DNA of 63,993 nucleotides, counting the filler, from Stramenopiles sp. TOSAG23-2 (taxonomy: Eukaryota), in assembly GCA_900128395.1 (NCBI GenBank). It is 7 parts of 7 records of this genome, joined end to end, with 100 filler letters (N's around TTAATTAATTAA, not from the genome) between each part and the next. Parts side by side here need not be neighbours in the genome. Positions count along the whole stretch, not along the records: positions 27,945 to 37,113 come from LT650119.1; positions 37,214 to 46,382 come from LT650120.1; positions 46,483 to 55,648 come from LT650121.1; 4 more parts are not named here. One strand, given 5' to 3'. The position numbers and the translations under genes are program-made. Below, piece after piece: positions 35,370 to 46,484 of the stretch; positions within the stretch are counted from its first letter, which is position 1; each line of letters begins with the position of its first letter. The notes beneath the pieces are model-generated. The model made no database searches, was not told the DNA's origin, and worked only from the letters and a program-made list of their open reading frames with translations.

Positions 35370-36806
35370 TCAATTTTTTGTTAATGTGTAAATCCACATT
35401 GACATCATACCAAACGGATTATCATCGTTTGTAGTTGTTGGAGTTTCTTCCTCCTCTTTCGTTTTCAATTCATAATATTCAATTTTCCAATCACATCTTG
35501 CAGATTCAAGCATTCCTAAATAAATCAATTGTGGGATACTTGAGACTACAATGAAAACACCTTTTGGAGCTAATACTCGATATACTTCTGTTAAAATACT
35601 TTTAACCATTTGTAACCCAGTTTTGCCAGACATCACTGCATCGATTGTACCTTTATCAAATGCACATGAAAAAAATTCATCTTTGAAATGCATTTTTGTT
35701 GCATCCATAACCATATATGATAAACCTTCAATTTCATCTTTATCTTTCATAGTATTAATAGCATTATATGAAAAATCAACACCATAAACATTTTTAAATT
35801 TACCTTCATAAATTAATTCTTCACATAATTTTGATGTACCACAACCAACATCTAAAGCTGGTTTGTCACCCCGTGGTATATTTGTTAAATATTTTTCTAA
35901 ATCGCTAAATTTTAAATACCAATCATCCACATGTAAATCAGCATTTCCATCTTCCCCGGAATATCTTTTTTCCCAATAACTTTTTTTCCCATAGTCCGGT
36001 GCACTTGTTTTATTATTATCATGATCATCAACAGCAGCAGCAGCACCGTCACCATCCTCCTTCATCTCATTATCATTATCTAAGCCAGCACCTTGTCCAT
36101 CTAAGCCACCTTTTTGTAAATTTTCCATTGCTTTTTCCATATTTAACTTTGCCTCATCTTCTTGCTTTTTTACTTTTTCATGTGCCGTCTTTGCTTTGCT
36201 ATAAAGTGCCATTTCTCTATCCACTGTTGCGCGTGCATCTTCAGCAACTTTTGCAGCTGCTGCCATTTCAGCTCTTATTTTTTCAATTTCTCGCTCTAAA
36301 TCTGATTTTTCTTGATCTAACTTCGTTACTCTTGCATTTTTAATTTTTTTACCTTTTTTCTTTTTATTGCCTTTTTTCCTGCTGCGTGGATTTCCATTTG
36401 GTGGTATATTTTTTATATTTTTTGTTTTTAACTTGGAACGTGTTGTTTTCAATAAACGTTTCAATGATTTGTCATCTGGGTTGATTTGCAAAGCTTTCTC
36501 ATATTGTTCAATGGCTTCGTTCAAACGGCCTAATGCTACATATGCACTAGCAGCACGATGATATCCTTTGACCCATTTTGGTTCAAGTTGAACAGACATT
36601 TGAGCATCACTTAAAGCGTTGTCAAACCGTTCCATTTTTAAACATGCAGCTGCACGGTTACCGTATAATATATGATTTTCACTATCCAATTCAAGACCTT
36701 TAGTATATAATTCAATTGCTTCTTCATATTTACTAGTAGCAAACTTTAAATTTCCTTCTTTTTTATATGCATCTGCATCTTGTGCTTTAATTGTTATCGA
36801 TGTCAT
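35370..36806 (-). CDS. TPR domain + coiled coil + class I SAM methyltransferase (EEF1AKMT4/METTL13-like)
   Basis: Three TPRs (YKKEGNLKF...YGNRAA...WVKGYHR). MTase motifs DYGKKSYWEKRY, DWY, LDVGCG, VDFS, MDA and DKGTIDA. Confidence 0.9.
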   Translation of the reverse strand: MTSITIKAQDADAYKKEGNLKFATSKYEEAIELYTKGLELDSENHILYGNRAAACLKMERFDNALSDAQMSVQLEPKWVKGYHRAASAYVALGRLNEAIEQYEKALQINPDDKSLKRLLKTTRSKLKTKNIKNIPPNGNPRSRKKGNKKKKGKKIKNARVTKLDQEKSDLEREIEKIRAEMAAAAKVAEDARATVDREMALYSKAKTAHEKVKKQEDEAKLNMEKAMENLQKGGLDGQGAGLDNDNEMKEDGDGAAAAVDDHDNNKTSAPDYGKKSYWEKRYSGEDGNADLHVDDWYLKFSDLEKYLTNIPRGDKPALDVGCGTSKLCEELIYEGKFKNVYGVDFSYNAINTMKDKDEIEGLSYMVMDATKMHFKDEFFSCAFDKGTIDAVMSGKTGLQMVKSILTEVYRVLAPKGVFIVVSSIPQLIYLGMLESARCDWKIEYYELKTKEEEETPTTTNDDNPFGMMSMWIYTLTKN

Positions 36807-37113
36807 CTTTGTTTCTATTTATAATAATAATTATTATTATTATTCAATACATCCTATATATATTTTATCACACACACACACACACACACACAAAATTAAT
36901 TTTTATCTATTTATTTTGAAATTTCATTAATTCAAAACGCAAGGCAAACTATATATATGAGCACCATGACTATATGTTCAAAATAATAATAAATATAATA
37001 CCTCCAGAATATAGTCTAAGAATATCCGATTTTTTTGTCATTTAAAGCCCGTTCATAACCATAGTCCTGTGTGTTAAATGTGTGTTAAATTTAGTGCATC
37101 CTACGCAAAACAT

Positions 37114-37213
37114 NNNNNNNNNNNNNNNNNNNNNNNNNNNNNNNNNNNNNNNNNNNNTTAATTAATTAANNNNNNNNNNNNNNNNNNNNNNNNNNNNNNN
37201 NNNNNNNNNNNNN
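37114..37213. other. Artificial contig-joining linker
   Basis: N44-TTAATTAATTAA-N44. Confidence 0.99.
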
Positions 37214-37528
37214 GCTTCGAAGGTGTAGATACCTACACCTTCTAGCGACAAAATCACTCTTCAAAAATTGCCTAATGGTATGTCAGCCTAGTTTTTCTTC
37301 ACATAACTCGATAACAGGTTTTATATAAAATAAATATTTAATAGTGTATTGTGTTATTTGGTTGGTTTTTTGTGATAGTAAATTTTGGTTGGTTCGGTTG
37401 GTAATAAAAGAAGCAAGAAATTTCTCACCTTATCTCACACCATATCACTTCTTAAAATAGAAGCGAGATGAGAAGGGGGCAGACCAAAAAAGGGTTTAGT
37501 AGGAAGTTTTTATTTAAACAGTGATCAA

Positions 37529-38201
37529 TCACGCCGGCAGATATTTTAGCGAGAGCACAAATTCACCTCCTTAACGAGAGCACAAATTCAGGCATTTAAA
37601 ACTTTACAATCAGTGTATAAATATCATTGCTTGTTTTACATTCCCTTAGATAGATAGATAGATAGATACCTGACAGAAGAGAGCGAACTCACCATCCCCT
37701 GCTTCAAATGATAAGACATATATATCCTTTGAAAATTTAGTTTATATATGTGAATGGGGGTAGCATAATTTTTACATACTGTGCTATTCCAATGTTAAAT
37801 TATGTATCCAATTCGACAAAAATAAATTTTCTAAATGGAATCTATAGAAATAATGTTGAAGTATTTAGCATTAAATAGCACTATAAATATTTAGTTTTAA
37901 ATGGAATTTGTGCTCTCGTTAAGGAGGTGCGAATTAGTTATATATGTATATGTCTGTGGATATGTATGTATTTGTGATATAGTTTTTTATTTAATATTTT
38001 CAATTGTTTTTCAATAAAAAAGAGCATGACCCTCTCCTTTTTTTGTCGGAAAAAATTTACTTTTGACACTTTTTTTTTCCCGTTATGCTGTGTCACACTA
38101 AATACCGTTGATGCTGTGTGTGTACTAAATCGAAATTTTGACGCAAATGCCTGATTTTGTGCTCTCGCTAATCTGCCGGCCTTAGCCTTGGGCCGGCGTG
38201 A
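37529..38201. mobile_element. Composite non-autonomous inverted-repeat element(s)
   Basis: Perfect 26-bp IR CACCTCCTTAACGAGAGCACAAATTC at 37564-37589 and 37904-37929. Related outer IR (GCCGGCAGAT..TAGCGAGAGCACAAA..CAGGCATTT) at 37529-37597 and 38145-38201. Confidence 0.7.
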
Positions 38202-38523
38202 GAAGGTTAATAAGTTTTAGTATAGAAAACCTGGTATTTTTATTATTTTTGGGCACTTGGGGAGCGAAATAATAATCCATTGCTAATGCTAATCATCAAA
38301 TTTTTACATTTTTTGAATAACAGTAGTGCAATACACACTATTAAAATAAAAACCCATACCTTTGTCTGGCGGATATATATATAGTCTTACCTTTTAACGG
38401 TTTACAAAACAGAGCAAGGCAAATAGTTTTGGTAGATTTGCGAAAGAAATCATCAATAATATCAAAGTCGTATTAACTTCTTTGCTTCAACATTTGCCTT
38501 TCGATTTAATCGTATATTTCTAA

Positions 38524-39406
38524 ATGGCGAAAGGAAGTGCAACGGTTTCAAAGTCAATAATGGCAGGGTTTGCAGGAACTTTCGGCTCGCTTTTAGCAAC
38601 TGCGATGGTTTTTCCTCTGGAGCGGTTAACTGCAGAATGTCAATCTACAACAAATGAAACGTATTCTACAATAGTGAGGAAGTTACTTCAAAATCCTTAT
38701 CAGGGTTTACGTACAACAATGTTAGCGCAGCTAGTGGCGCAGTATATGTTTTTTTCCTTACGCCAGCTGTTTTTGGGTTTAACGGAAGTTTTGAAGAAGG
38801 GTTTACTTAAGGATTTTCTAGTCGCAACATGTGCAGGGTTAATAACATGTATTGCTAGCAATCCAGTTTGGTTGCTTAATTCTAGAATGATTCTGAAAAC
38901 AGACAAAATTGATGATGTAGACATTTCCATTGTAGAAGCAGTTAAGGAGATATACGTAGAGGGTGGCTTACCTGCCTTTTTTAAAGGCTCTTTGTCTTCT
39001 TCTGGAACTGCATTCGCAACTGGACTTCAATTCATGTTTTATGAAAGTTTACGACGAATTTTTGTTGTATTTCGTGGGGGGGTTGCTTCTCAATTTCATG
39101 GGATCGATGTTGCATTTGCTGCATTGCTTTCGAAAGGTTTTGCTGTTTTAATAACATACCCGTTGGAAACTTTGACCAGAAGATTACAAGTAGATAAATC
39201 AAATACCGGAACCATTGCATTTCTGGGGAAAATTCTGTCAGAAGATGGGTAAGTACTGCTATAAATTAATTTTCTCAAATTGTGCTAACTTCTTTTTCAG
39301 TTTTTTGTCACTTTACAATGGTCTCATGCCCAGAATTACTCAAATGATACTTCAAAATGGAATTAGGCTATATGGATTTGAATATTTTCAAAGCTGGCTT
39401 AGTTAA
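38524..39406 (+). CDS. SLC25 mitochondrial-carrier-family protein (resembles peroxisomal PMP34/ANT1 type); exons 38524-39248 and 39301-39406, 276 aa
   Basis: Three carrier signatures: FPLERLTA, NPVWLLNSRM, YPLETLTRRLQ. A 52-nt intron GTAAGT...GCTAAC...CAG joins EDG to FLSLYNGLMPRI. Confidence 0.88.
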
Positions 39407-39454
39407 ATATAAATTGGAACTATAACATATTTTGTAGAAGATAGAGTACGAGTT

Positions 39455-40149
39455 TAGCTGAGTTTATAATTAGTAACTACGAAGTATAAAGTAAACTATT
39501 GTTATCCAATATATATCGTCTCTCCTCATAACTCTATGGAGTCCCTACGGTAGCTAGTTTTGAAAATATTCAAATCCATATTAGCCTAATTCCATTTTGA
39601 AGTATCAGTTGGGTAATTCTGGATCAAATATCAAAAGAATAATGGTGTATTTATTTAATTATTACGTAAAACGCGTGGATTTTTCCCTTAAATACTTCTC
39701 TCCGCCTTAACTTTATATTCGGCACATTTAGAACTACTTACCAGCTTATAATACCAGCTTAACTGCCTTACCAGCTTACAGTAACATAAAATTGTGGTTA
39801 GTATTTGCCAGCTGCTGGCTAGCCAGCTAGGTTTGCCTGCCTGGCAGATCCTAAATTTGCCTGTATTATGCCACATCAATGCTGGAGTGCTGCTACCAAA
39901 AAAAGAAAAAAATCATGATCAGGGCTGCCATCATCAAACCAGCAAAAGTAGAGCGGATCCTCTCAATACTCAAAAGCCACTACACACAGCATGGAGATAA
40001 TAGAGTATAATAGTACGCTGCGACATACTGTATATAATATTTTGAACGATATAATTGTACGAGATGCACTTTGCGTACAACAAGACAAGCAACAATTTTA
40101 GTATTAATAAGTAAAGTTAATCTACACTCTTATTTTTTCACCTAAGCAA
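39455..40149 (+). repeat. ~0.7-kb direct repeat, copy 1 (intergenic/promoter module upstream of GMD)
   Basis: Highly similar to 42877-43615 in two blocks, ending in both copies at TTTTTTCACCTAAGCAA. Confidence 0.9.
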
Positions 40150-40183
40150 CAAAGACCAGATATATAATACACTTCAAGCCGGA

Positions 40184-41248
40184 ATGGAAGTTGCCAAGCG
40201 GAAAACTGCACTAATTGTGGGAATCACAGGTCAAGATGGGTCATACCTTGCAGAGTTACTTTTAGAAAAACGATATGTTGTGCATGGGATTATCCGTCGT
40301 TCGTCTAGCATTAATACGGGTAGGATAGAACACTTATATAATGAGTCCTCGAATACATATGCTAGCAATAATATGCATTTACATTATGGGGATTTGACAG
40401 ATTCGTCAAATTTGATTGATATAGTTACAAAAGTTAAGCCAAACGAGGTTTATAATTTAGGTGCGCAAAGTCACGTTAAAGTCTCGTTCGAGTTGCCTGA
40501 GTATACTTCAAACGTAGACGCAATTGGTACACTACGGTTATTAAACGCAATACGTATTGCAAATATTGCCGATAGCTGCAAATTTTATCAAGCATCCACG
40601 AGTGAGCTATTCGGAAAAGTGCAAGAAACGCCCCAAAAAGAGACCACACCGTTCTACCCAAGATCACCGTACGCTGTTGCTAAACAATATGCTTATTGGA
40701 TAGTTGTCAACTATCGGGAGGCTTATGGAATGCACTTAAGCAATGGCATACTGTTTAACCACGAAAGTCCTCGACGTGGACTGGCTTTCGTCACTCGTAA
40801 AATTACAAGAGCTGTGGCTAACATTAAATGCGGCAACCAAAAAACTTTGACACTGGGAAATTTGGATGCAAAGCGGGACTGGGGACATGCAAAAGAATAT
40901 GTATATGCCATGTGGTTAATGCTTCAACAAGAATTACCAGGAGACTATGTTTGTGCAACTGGAGAAACGAATACTGTGAGATATTTTGTCGAAATGTCAT
41001 TCGCAGTCGTTGGAATTGATATCGCTTGGTCTGGGGAGGGAGTTAACGAAATTGGTGTAAATAAATCAACTGAGGAAGTTTTAGTGAAAGTAAGCCCAAA
41101 GTATTACAGACCAACGGAAGTGGAGTTGTTGATTGGGGACCCGACAAAAGCTTTTGAAAAGTTAAAATGGAAAACAAAAATTAATGTAGCTGAACTTTGT
41201 AAAGAAATGGTGTTAGCCGATTTAGCATTAGTTCAGCAGAGGGTTTGA
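40184..41248 (+). CDS. GMD: GDP-mannose 4,6-dehydratase
   Basis: [62 protein letters not shown]. Confidence 0.98.
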   Translation: MEVAKRKTALIVGITGQDGSYLAELLLEKRYVVHGIIRRSSSINTGRIEHLYNESSNTYASNNMHLHYGDLTDSSNLIDIVTKVKPNEVYNLGAQSHVKVSFELPEYTSNVDAIGTLRLLNAIRIANIADSCKFYQASTSELFGKVQETPQKETTPFYPRSPYAVAKQYAYWIVVNYREAYGMHLSNGILFNHESPRRGLAFVTRKITRAVANIKCGNQKTLTLGNLDAKRDWGHAKEYVYAMWLMLQQELPGDYVCATGETNTVRYFVEMSFAVVGIDIAWSGEGVNEIGVNKSTEEVLVKVSPKYYRPTEVELLIGDPTKAFEKLKWKTKINVAELCKEMVLADLALVQQRV

Positions 41249-41430
41249 GCATAGTATATTTTATGGCTCGCCTTATGGGAGACGTACCTTTCAGCCCAGA
41301 TCTCTCTGGAAAATCAAATATGATGTGGTGTAACCATTTCAAACCAAAAAATGAACAGGAAATGTATATTACTGCGCCTAGATGAAGAAGTATCGTAAAA
41401 AGTATTATTTGATAAAACATATATATATAT

Positions 41431-42734
41431 GGACCCGTAAAAGATCAGCTGCGCCAATTAGCACTAAATCTATCCCAATTATAGGAAAATAATTTGTACT
41501 AATTACACTATAATAATAAGGTATTTTTATATAATGTTCCCCCATCCTTCATACCATGTCTAGTTATTTCCCATACCTTTGCAATGGAATCAATCAATGC
41601 TTGGTGGTCATCAGATGGTGCTGAATTTAAGTTTGCATTTAAAGCTTCCAGCTGGTGTATCTTATCATTCAATGCAGCGGCTGATAACACACCAGCAGTT
41701 AAAACATCATCAATGATCTCTGCACTCATTAATCTTGTCGTCGTTGACCCGTGCGAGCCGTTCTTTTTTAATTTAGATTTATTCTTTTTTAATTTAGATT
41801 TATATCTCCCTTCAGCAGAATAGCACTCGTTACAAACAAAAATATTTTCATTAAATAAAGACTTTTTTTTACTAGCTTTTGATTTGCATCATTTATTCTA
41901 CCCCATTTATCTTTTGCTTTCTCTTTTGTAATTAAATTATTTCTACAGTCATCCTGCGTCGTATTCTTGACGGGCACATATTTTGCTCAACGTCCAAATT
42001 AAAATATTCTAGATGAGAATATTCTTTATCAGCAGCATTATCAGTTTCATCTACGGTCAAACACTTTTCCCAACTATCTACACGCCGTTGAAACAAACTA
42101 TTGACAGCATTGACTTTGTTTGTAAAATTATTAAATGCATTGATTATAACAGATACATCAACAGTAGATCCATGTTTTCTTACAATCTTTGACATAGAAG
42201 CGTATAGTTGACTAGAAATCTCTTGCGCATTTACCATTATATAATAATATGTACCAAAATACAAAATTAAAATTAGAACTTCAAAGCAAACGTCGAAATC
42301 TACTTGAGGACAAATGGGGAGTGGTATCTTGGGTGTTTAACAACTCTCCTTGGATGTATATGTATCTACCCAGATGGGTCTGGTAGATGCATCCAGTTGC
42401 AAAAGTTGATTTTTACACCATGCGCAGAAACCCAAACGCGCGTCGTGGTCGAGGTGTAGGTGTACATGTCACGTGGGTAAATTATTCAATTATTATTCAT
42501 GTTATTTATTACATTATTATATCATCTTCGACGCCGACAGAGAGAATGAATATTCGGTAGCCAGCCGAATGAAAATAAAGACACAGTATGGTAAAAAATA
42601 TTATAAAAGTAAAGTATATAGGTATATTAATCATAAGTTGTACTTATTCTACGCCAACACTACCATTCCTCGCTAACCCTAATTTTAAATTCGATAAGGG
42701 TCTAAAAGTGGCGCAGCTGATCTTTTACGGGTCC
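41431..42734. mobile_element. 1.3-kb DNA transposon relic with perfect 26-bp TIRs, inserted in an (AT)n microsatellite, with a decayed internal ORF
   Basis: GGACCCGTAAAAGATCAGCTGCGCCA at 41431-41456 and its reverse complement at 42709-42734, with ATATAT on both sides. Minus-strand ORF pieces 41932-42264, 41789-41977 and 41508-41729 lie inside. Confidence 0.88.
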
Positions 42735-42876
42735 ATATATATATATAATTTACGCATATAATTTATTGTTTTTATTTAAACAATAATTTGGAGCAGATCT
42801 GAATAACTTTTTACAATAGATAATCGAATATATTTTCATAATTAACATCTAATTATACATATATATTATTAATTAA

Positions 42877-43615
42877 TAGCTGAGTTTATAAATATTGGTA
42901 GTATAACTAATAAAGTAAACTATTTTTATCCAATACATATCGTCTCTCCTCATAACTCTATGGAGTCCCTACGTTAGTTATGCGTAAATTAAATTAAATA
43001 ATATTAATATTGGCTCAGTCATTGTATTCTTTTGAGAGTAGGAATTGTCATGGGTAGTAATAAAAAATTAAAATATGTGTACATTTATTTACCCATGACA
43101 ATTCCTACTCTCAAAAGAATATTTATTTAATTATTACATAAAACGCGTGGAGGATTTTTCCCTTAAATACTTCTCTCCGCCTTAACTTTATATTTGGCAC
43201 ATTTAGAACTACTTACCAGCTTATAATACCAGCTTACCTGCCTTACCAGCTTACAGTAGTAACATAAAATTGTGGTTAGTATTTGCCAGCCTAGCTAGGA
43301 TCCTCCTAGTGTCAAAAGAGAAATTTGCCTGTATTATGCCACATCAGTGCTGGAGTGCTGCTACCAAAAAAGAAAAAAATCATGTTTAGGGCAGCCATCA
43401 GCCATCATCAAAAGTAGAGCGGATCCTCTCAATACTCAAAAGCCACTACACACAGCATGGAGATAATAGAGTATAATAGTACGCTGCGACATACTATATA
43501 TAACATTTTGAACGATATAATTGTGCGAGATGCGCTTTGCGTACAACAAGACAAGCAACAATTTTAGTATTAATAAATAAAGTTAATCTACACTCTTATT
43601 TTTTCACCTAAGCAA
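42877..43615 (+). repeat. ~0.7-kb direct repeat, copy 2 (no downstream gene; internal 32-bp perfect hairpin)
   Basis: Matches 39455-40149. The internal segment is replaced by a dispersed-repeat copy with IR arms at 43025-43056 and 43090-43121. Confidence 0.9.
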
Positions 43616-43911
43616 TACTAATTTAACTAACTATAGATTAAAAAATGAACTACAGCTACTGCCAAATTGCTGTTGTTCCTGTTCAAATGTTATTTATATT
43701 AAGTACATATTTGTATATACTAAGAACACTATTTGATCAAAAATCGATGCAGAATTAGTGCTGGAGCCTGCTGTGGTTTTTCACAGCCCGCCGCAAAGCT
43801 GCGTTGCTATTTGTAACAGTCGATCAGATCTGGATCAAGAATCACCCCCCCCCCTGTGTATAATATATTATCCTAAATACTACAAAGCGCGTGTAGTGGT
43901 ATTATATATTC

Positions 43912-44814
43912 TTACAATGCTTTTTCTACTGCGTATATTTTCTGACTCATGTACTTTGTAAGATTATCTTGAAAAGTTATAACAGTTTCTATATTTACCA
44001 AATTATGCTTCAGTAGCGGGTGCACCTTTTGTATAAAGATCTTTAGGCTATATGACATTGCTCTAGGAATGATGTCAACCACTTTCTTGGATGACCTATC
44101 TTTTGTGATAATCCATTCAAAAACAGCAAGAGCTTGTGTATAAGATTGCTTGCAAAATTCAACATCAATTTCCTGGCAGATTTCAGCTATACCATTATTT
44201 CCTACAAGATGTTTTGCGTGTATTGATACAATCTTTGAATTTAAATAAAGAAGTGGGTTGTACGTGCTTGCAGAAGCAGTTAAGGAAAAAGTAATGCTGG
44301 TATCATCAGCAAAGAAGTAAGGTACCCACTCTTCTACAAAACCAGCTCTTCTGTATGCTGCGATAGCAGCTGTGTTGTTCCTAGCCACGCCGAGTACAAT
44401 CTGATTAACATTTCTGTATAAATATAGCCCAGTGCTCATATACTGTATAACTTCTCGAAAAACCCCTTTCTTACGCCATTTAACCTCACCTATTAGCACC
44501 CCCACCACAGTATAACCTAGACAAACGTTGACTGGATCAAACTTTATATTACCAATATGTAATTCATTATAGAATATTTCAAAGAATAAGACATCCTTTT
44601 TCGCACAATTTGTTTTTACGAATTCCTTAATTTGATCCTTGTTTGTCGTAGTTTTCGCTGATTGAATAAATTCTAACACTAGCGGATCTTTCATCCACCC
44701 CAAATATGTATCGCTTACATCATCTACCGTTAGAGTGCGAAGAAAGAATCTGTCTGTTTTCAGTCGTATTTCGTCCCTCTGTTTTTGTACATCTTTCGCT
44801 ATTATTTTATCCAT
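43912..44814 (-). CDS. GNAT N-acetyltransferase (RimJ/RimL type, bacterial-like) with an unknown C-terminal extension
   Basis: LKTDRFFLRTLTVDDVSDTYLGWMKDP, HIGNIK, GVLIGEVKWRKKG, LGVARNNTAAIAAYRRAGF. First ATG at 44814. Confidence 0.85.
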   Translation of the reverse strand: MDKIIAKDVQKQRDEIRLKTDRFFLRTLTVDDVSDTYLGWMKDPLVLEFIQSAKTTTNKDQIKEFVKTNCAKKDVLFFEIFYNELHIGNIKFDPVNVCLGYTVVGVLIGEVKWRKKGVFREVIQYMSTGLYLYRNVNQIVLGVARNNTAAIAAYRRAGFVEEWVPYFFADDTSITFSLTASASTYNPLLYLNSKIVSIHAKHLVGNNGIAEICQEIDVEFCKQSYTQALAVFEWIITKDRSSKKVVDIIPRAMSYSLKIFIQKVHPLLKHNLVNIETVITFQDNLTKYMSQKIYAVEKAL

Positions 44815-44991
44815 ATCATGCAAGAAGCAATAGGTTTTTATTTGTATAGTATATTGAAAGATACAGTGGTTTCAAGTAATCAGAACAAAGCTCTGCTTGA
44901 AAAATATATAAATTAGTATGTTGCTCTTTTCTACTCATGAAGTCAAATTATGGATAATATTTAACTATTACAGGTGTAGTTTAAACTATAG

Positions 44992-45501
44992 ATAACTAAT
45001 ATTGTACTTAATATAAAATCAGTTGTAGAATTTGGCGCTAGTTTGGGGTGCTACTCTCATTACTTTGTGGAGAAAGGTATCAATGTAAACGCGTACGAAG
45101 GGGCGAAAAATATTAACGAGATAACAGATGGTTTTGTAAAACACTTGGATTTAACCGAAGCAAGCGATGGTGTTGAAATATCTGATTTTGTAGTATGTCT
45201 TGAAGTTGGCGAGCACGTTCCAAAACAATTTGAGGACAATATGTTTAAAATAATCAACAATAGCAATAAAAAAGGGGTTATTTTGAGTTGGGCATGGTCG
45301 ACAAGGGGGGAGGGTCATGTCAATGTTCATGATAACAAGTATATTAAAAATAAAATGCGCTCGTACGGCTACGTAAATGATATGGCTGGTGAAAAAATGT
45401 TGCGAGATAGCGCAACGTTATCTTGGTTTAAAAAAACATTGATGGTATTTAAAAAGGCGGAGAATGTAATGGGCACAACAGATGCAAGCCAAATTGATTA
45501 A
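44992..45501 (+). pseudogene. Class I SAM-dependent methyltransferase fragment with no ATG start (5'-truncated or unresolved upstream exon)
   Basis: The frame opens after TAG at 44989 and reads KSVVEFGASLGCY (motif I), VVCLEVGEHVP, GVILSWA and GEGHVN. Confidence 0.65.
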
Positions 45502-46382
45502 AACCACGGCTTTTCGCCAGAACCGCGACGTTCAAGTTGTTTTACCGAACGCGTGAGGATTCGTATTAATGGTTAAAATCTAAGTTATAATAATAATCTT
45601 ACATCCGGTGATGAATACTATGCTCAATACTCTATCTCAGAAATAATAGTCAATCCTACTATAGTAAAGCTCTAATGCACGTCTGCACTCTAATACTCTA
45701 CAAGCATGAGTAGGTTTCTACCCTTCCCCGCGCACTCGTTGAACGCGCTGGACGTCGGGTTCACTCGAAAACGGTGAGGCTATCGATGTGAAAGATCCTC
45801 CTGTGTACAACAACTGGTAACTAGCTGGATTCGTATTATATAATTTAGATTTTAACCATCATACTCTCCAAAATATTTTCAGAATATTCGTACACGAATA
45901 ATAAAAAGCTATATGCAAATTACAATGTATAATGTTGGGGCACGTTTCGCGGACTATGATATACGATGTATCATCTGTCTTCGATTTCAGTGAGATAGAT
46001 ATTATTATATTCTTGCCTCAAGAGAGACGAAATTTGATGCATACCTCATTAACTGGAGCCAAGACAGGCTGGGCATTGTTCCATCCCTCAAATCGACCGA
46101 ATTGGGAACTCCGCAACTCACGTACTTTTTGGCATGCCATGGACATGAAATTTCAACACTTCTTGAAAGAATATCGTGAACTTCGCATACTTCGTGAAGA
46201 GAGGAGTAGCTTAGGCTTTTACCCCGGTGCAACCCATGCTGCCGCGGCTCACCCGAGTGCACGCCAAAATGCAAGAGGCGGCAGATGCCTAAACAACTGC
46301 ACAGCTTGCAGCTTCCAATTGGATTTCTACTACATGTAGAGATATACAAACTGCGATTATTAAAACTTGCGCTTACAATAAT

Positions 46383-46482
46383 NNNNNNNNNNNNNNNNNN
46401 NNNNNNNNNNNNNNNNNNNNNNNNNNTTAATTAATTAANNNNNNNNNNNNNNNNNNNNNNNNNNNNNNNNNNNNNNNNNNNN
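46383..46482. other. Artificial contig-joining linker
   Basis: N44-TTAATTAATTAA-N44. Confidence 0.99.
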
Positions 46483-46484
46483 AT

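Noticed and set aside
25195-41248. Apparent deoxy-sugar gene cluster (FKGP, sulfatase-GH78, GMD)
   Set aside because: The three genes are on three different contigs, so their proximity is artificial.
45932-46349. Overlapping 135-aa (+) and 114-aa (-) ORFs in a GC-richer patch at the contig end
   Set aside because: No recognisable motif; I cannot tell whether either is coding.
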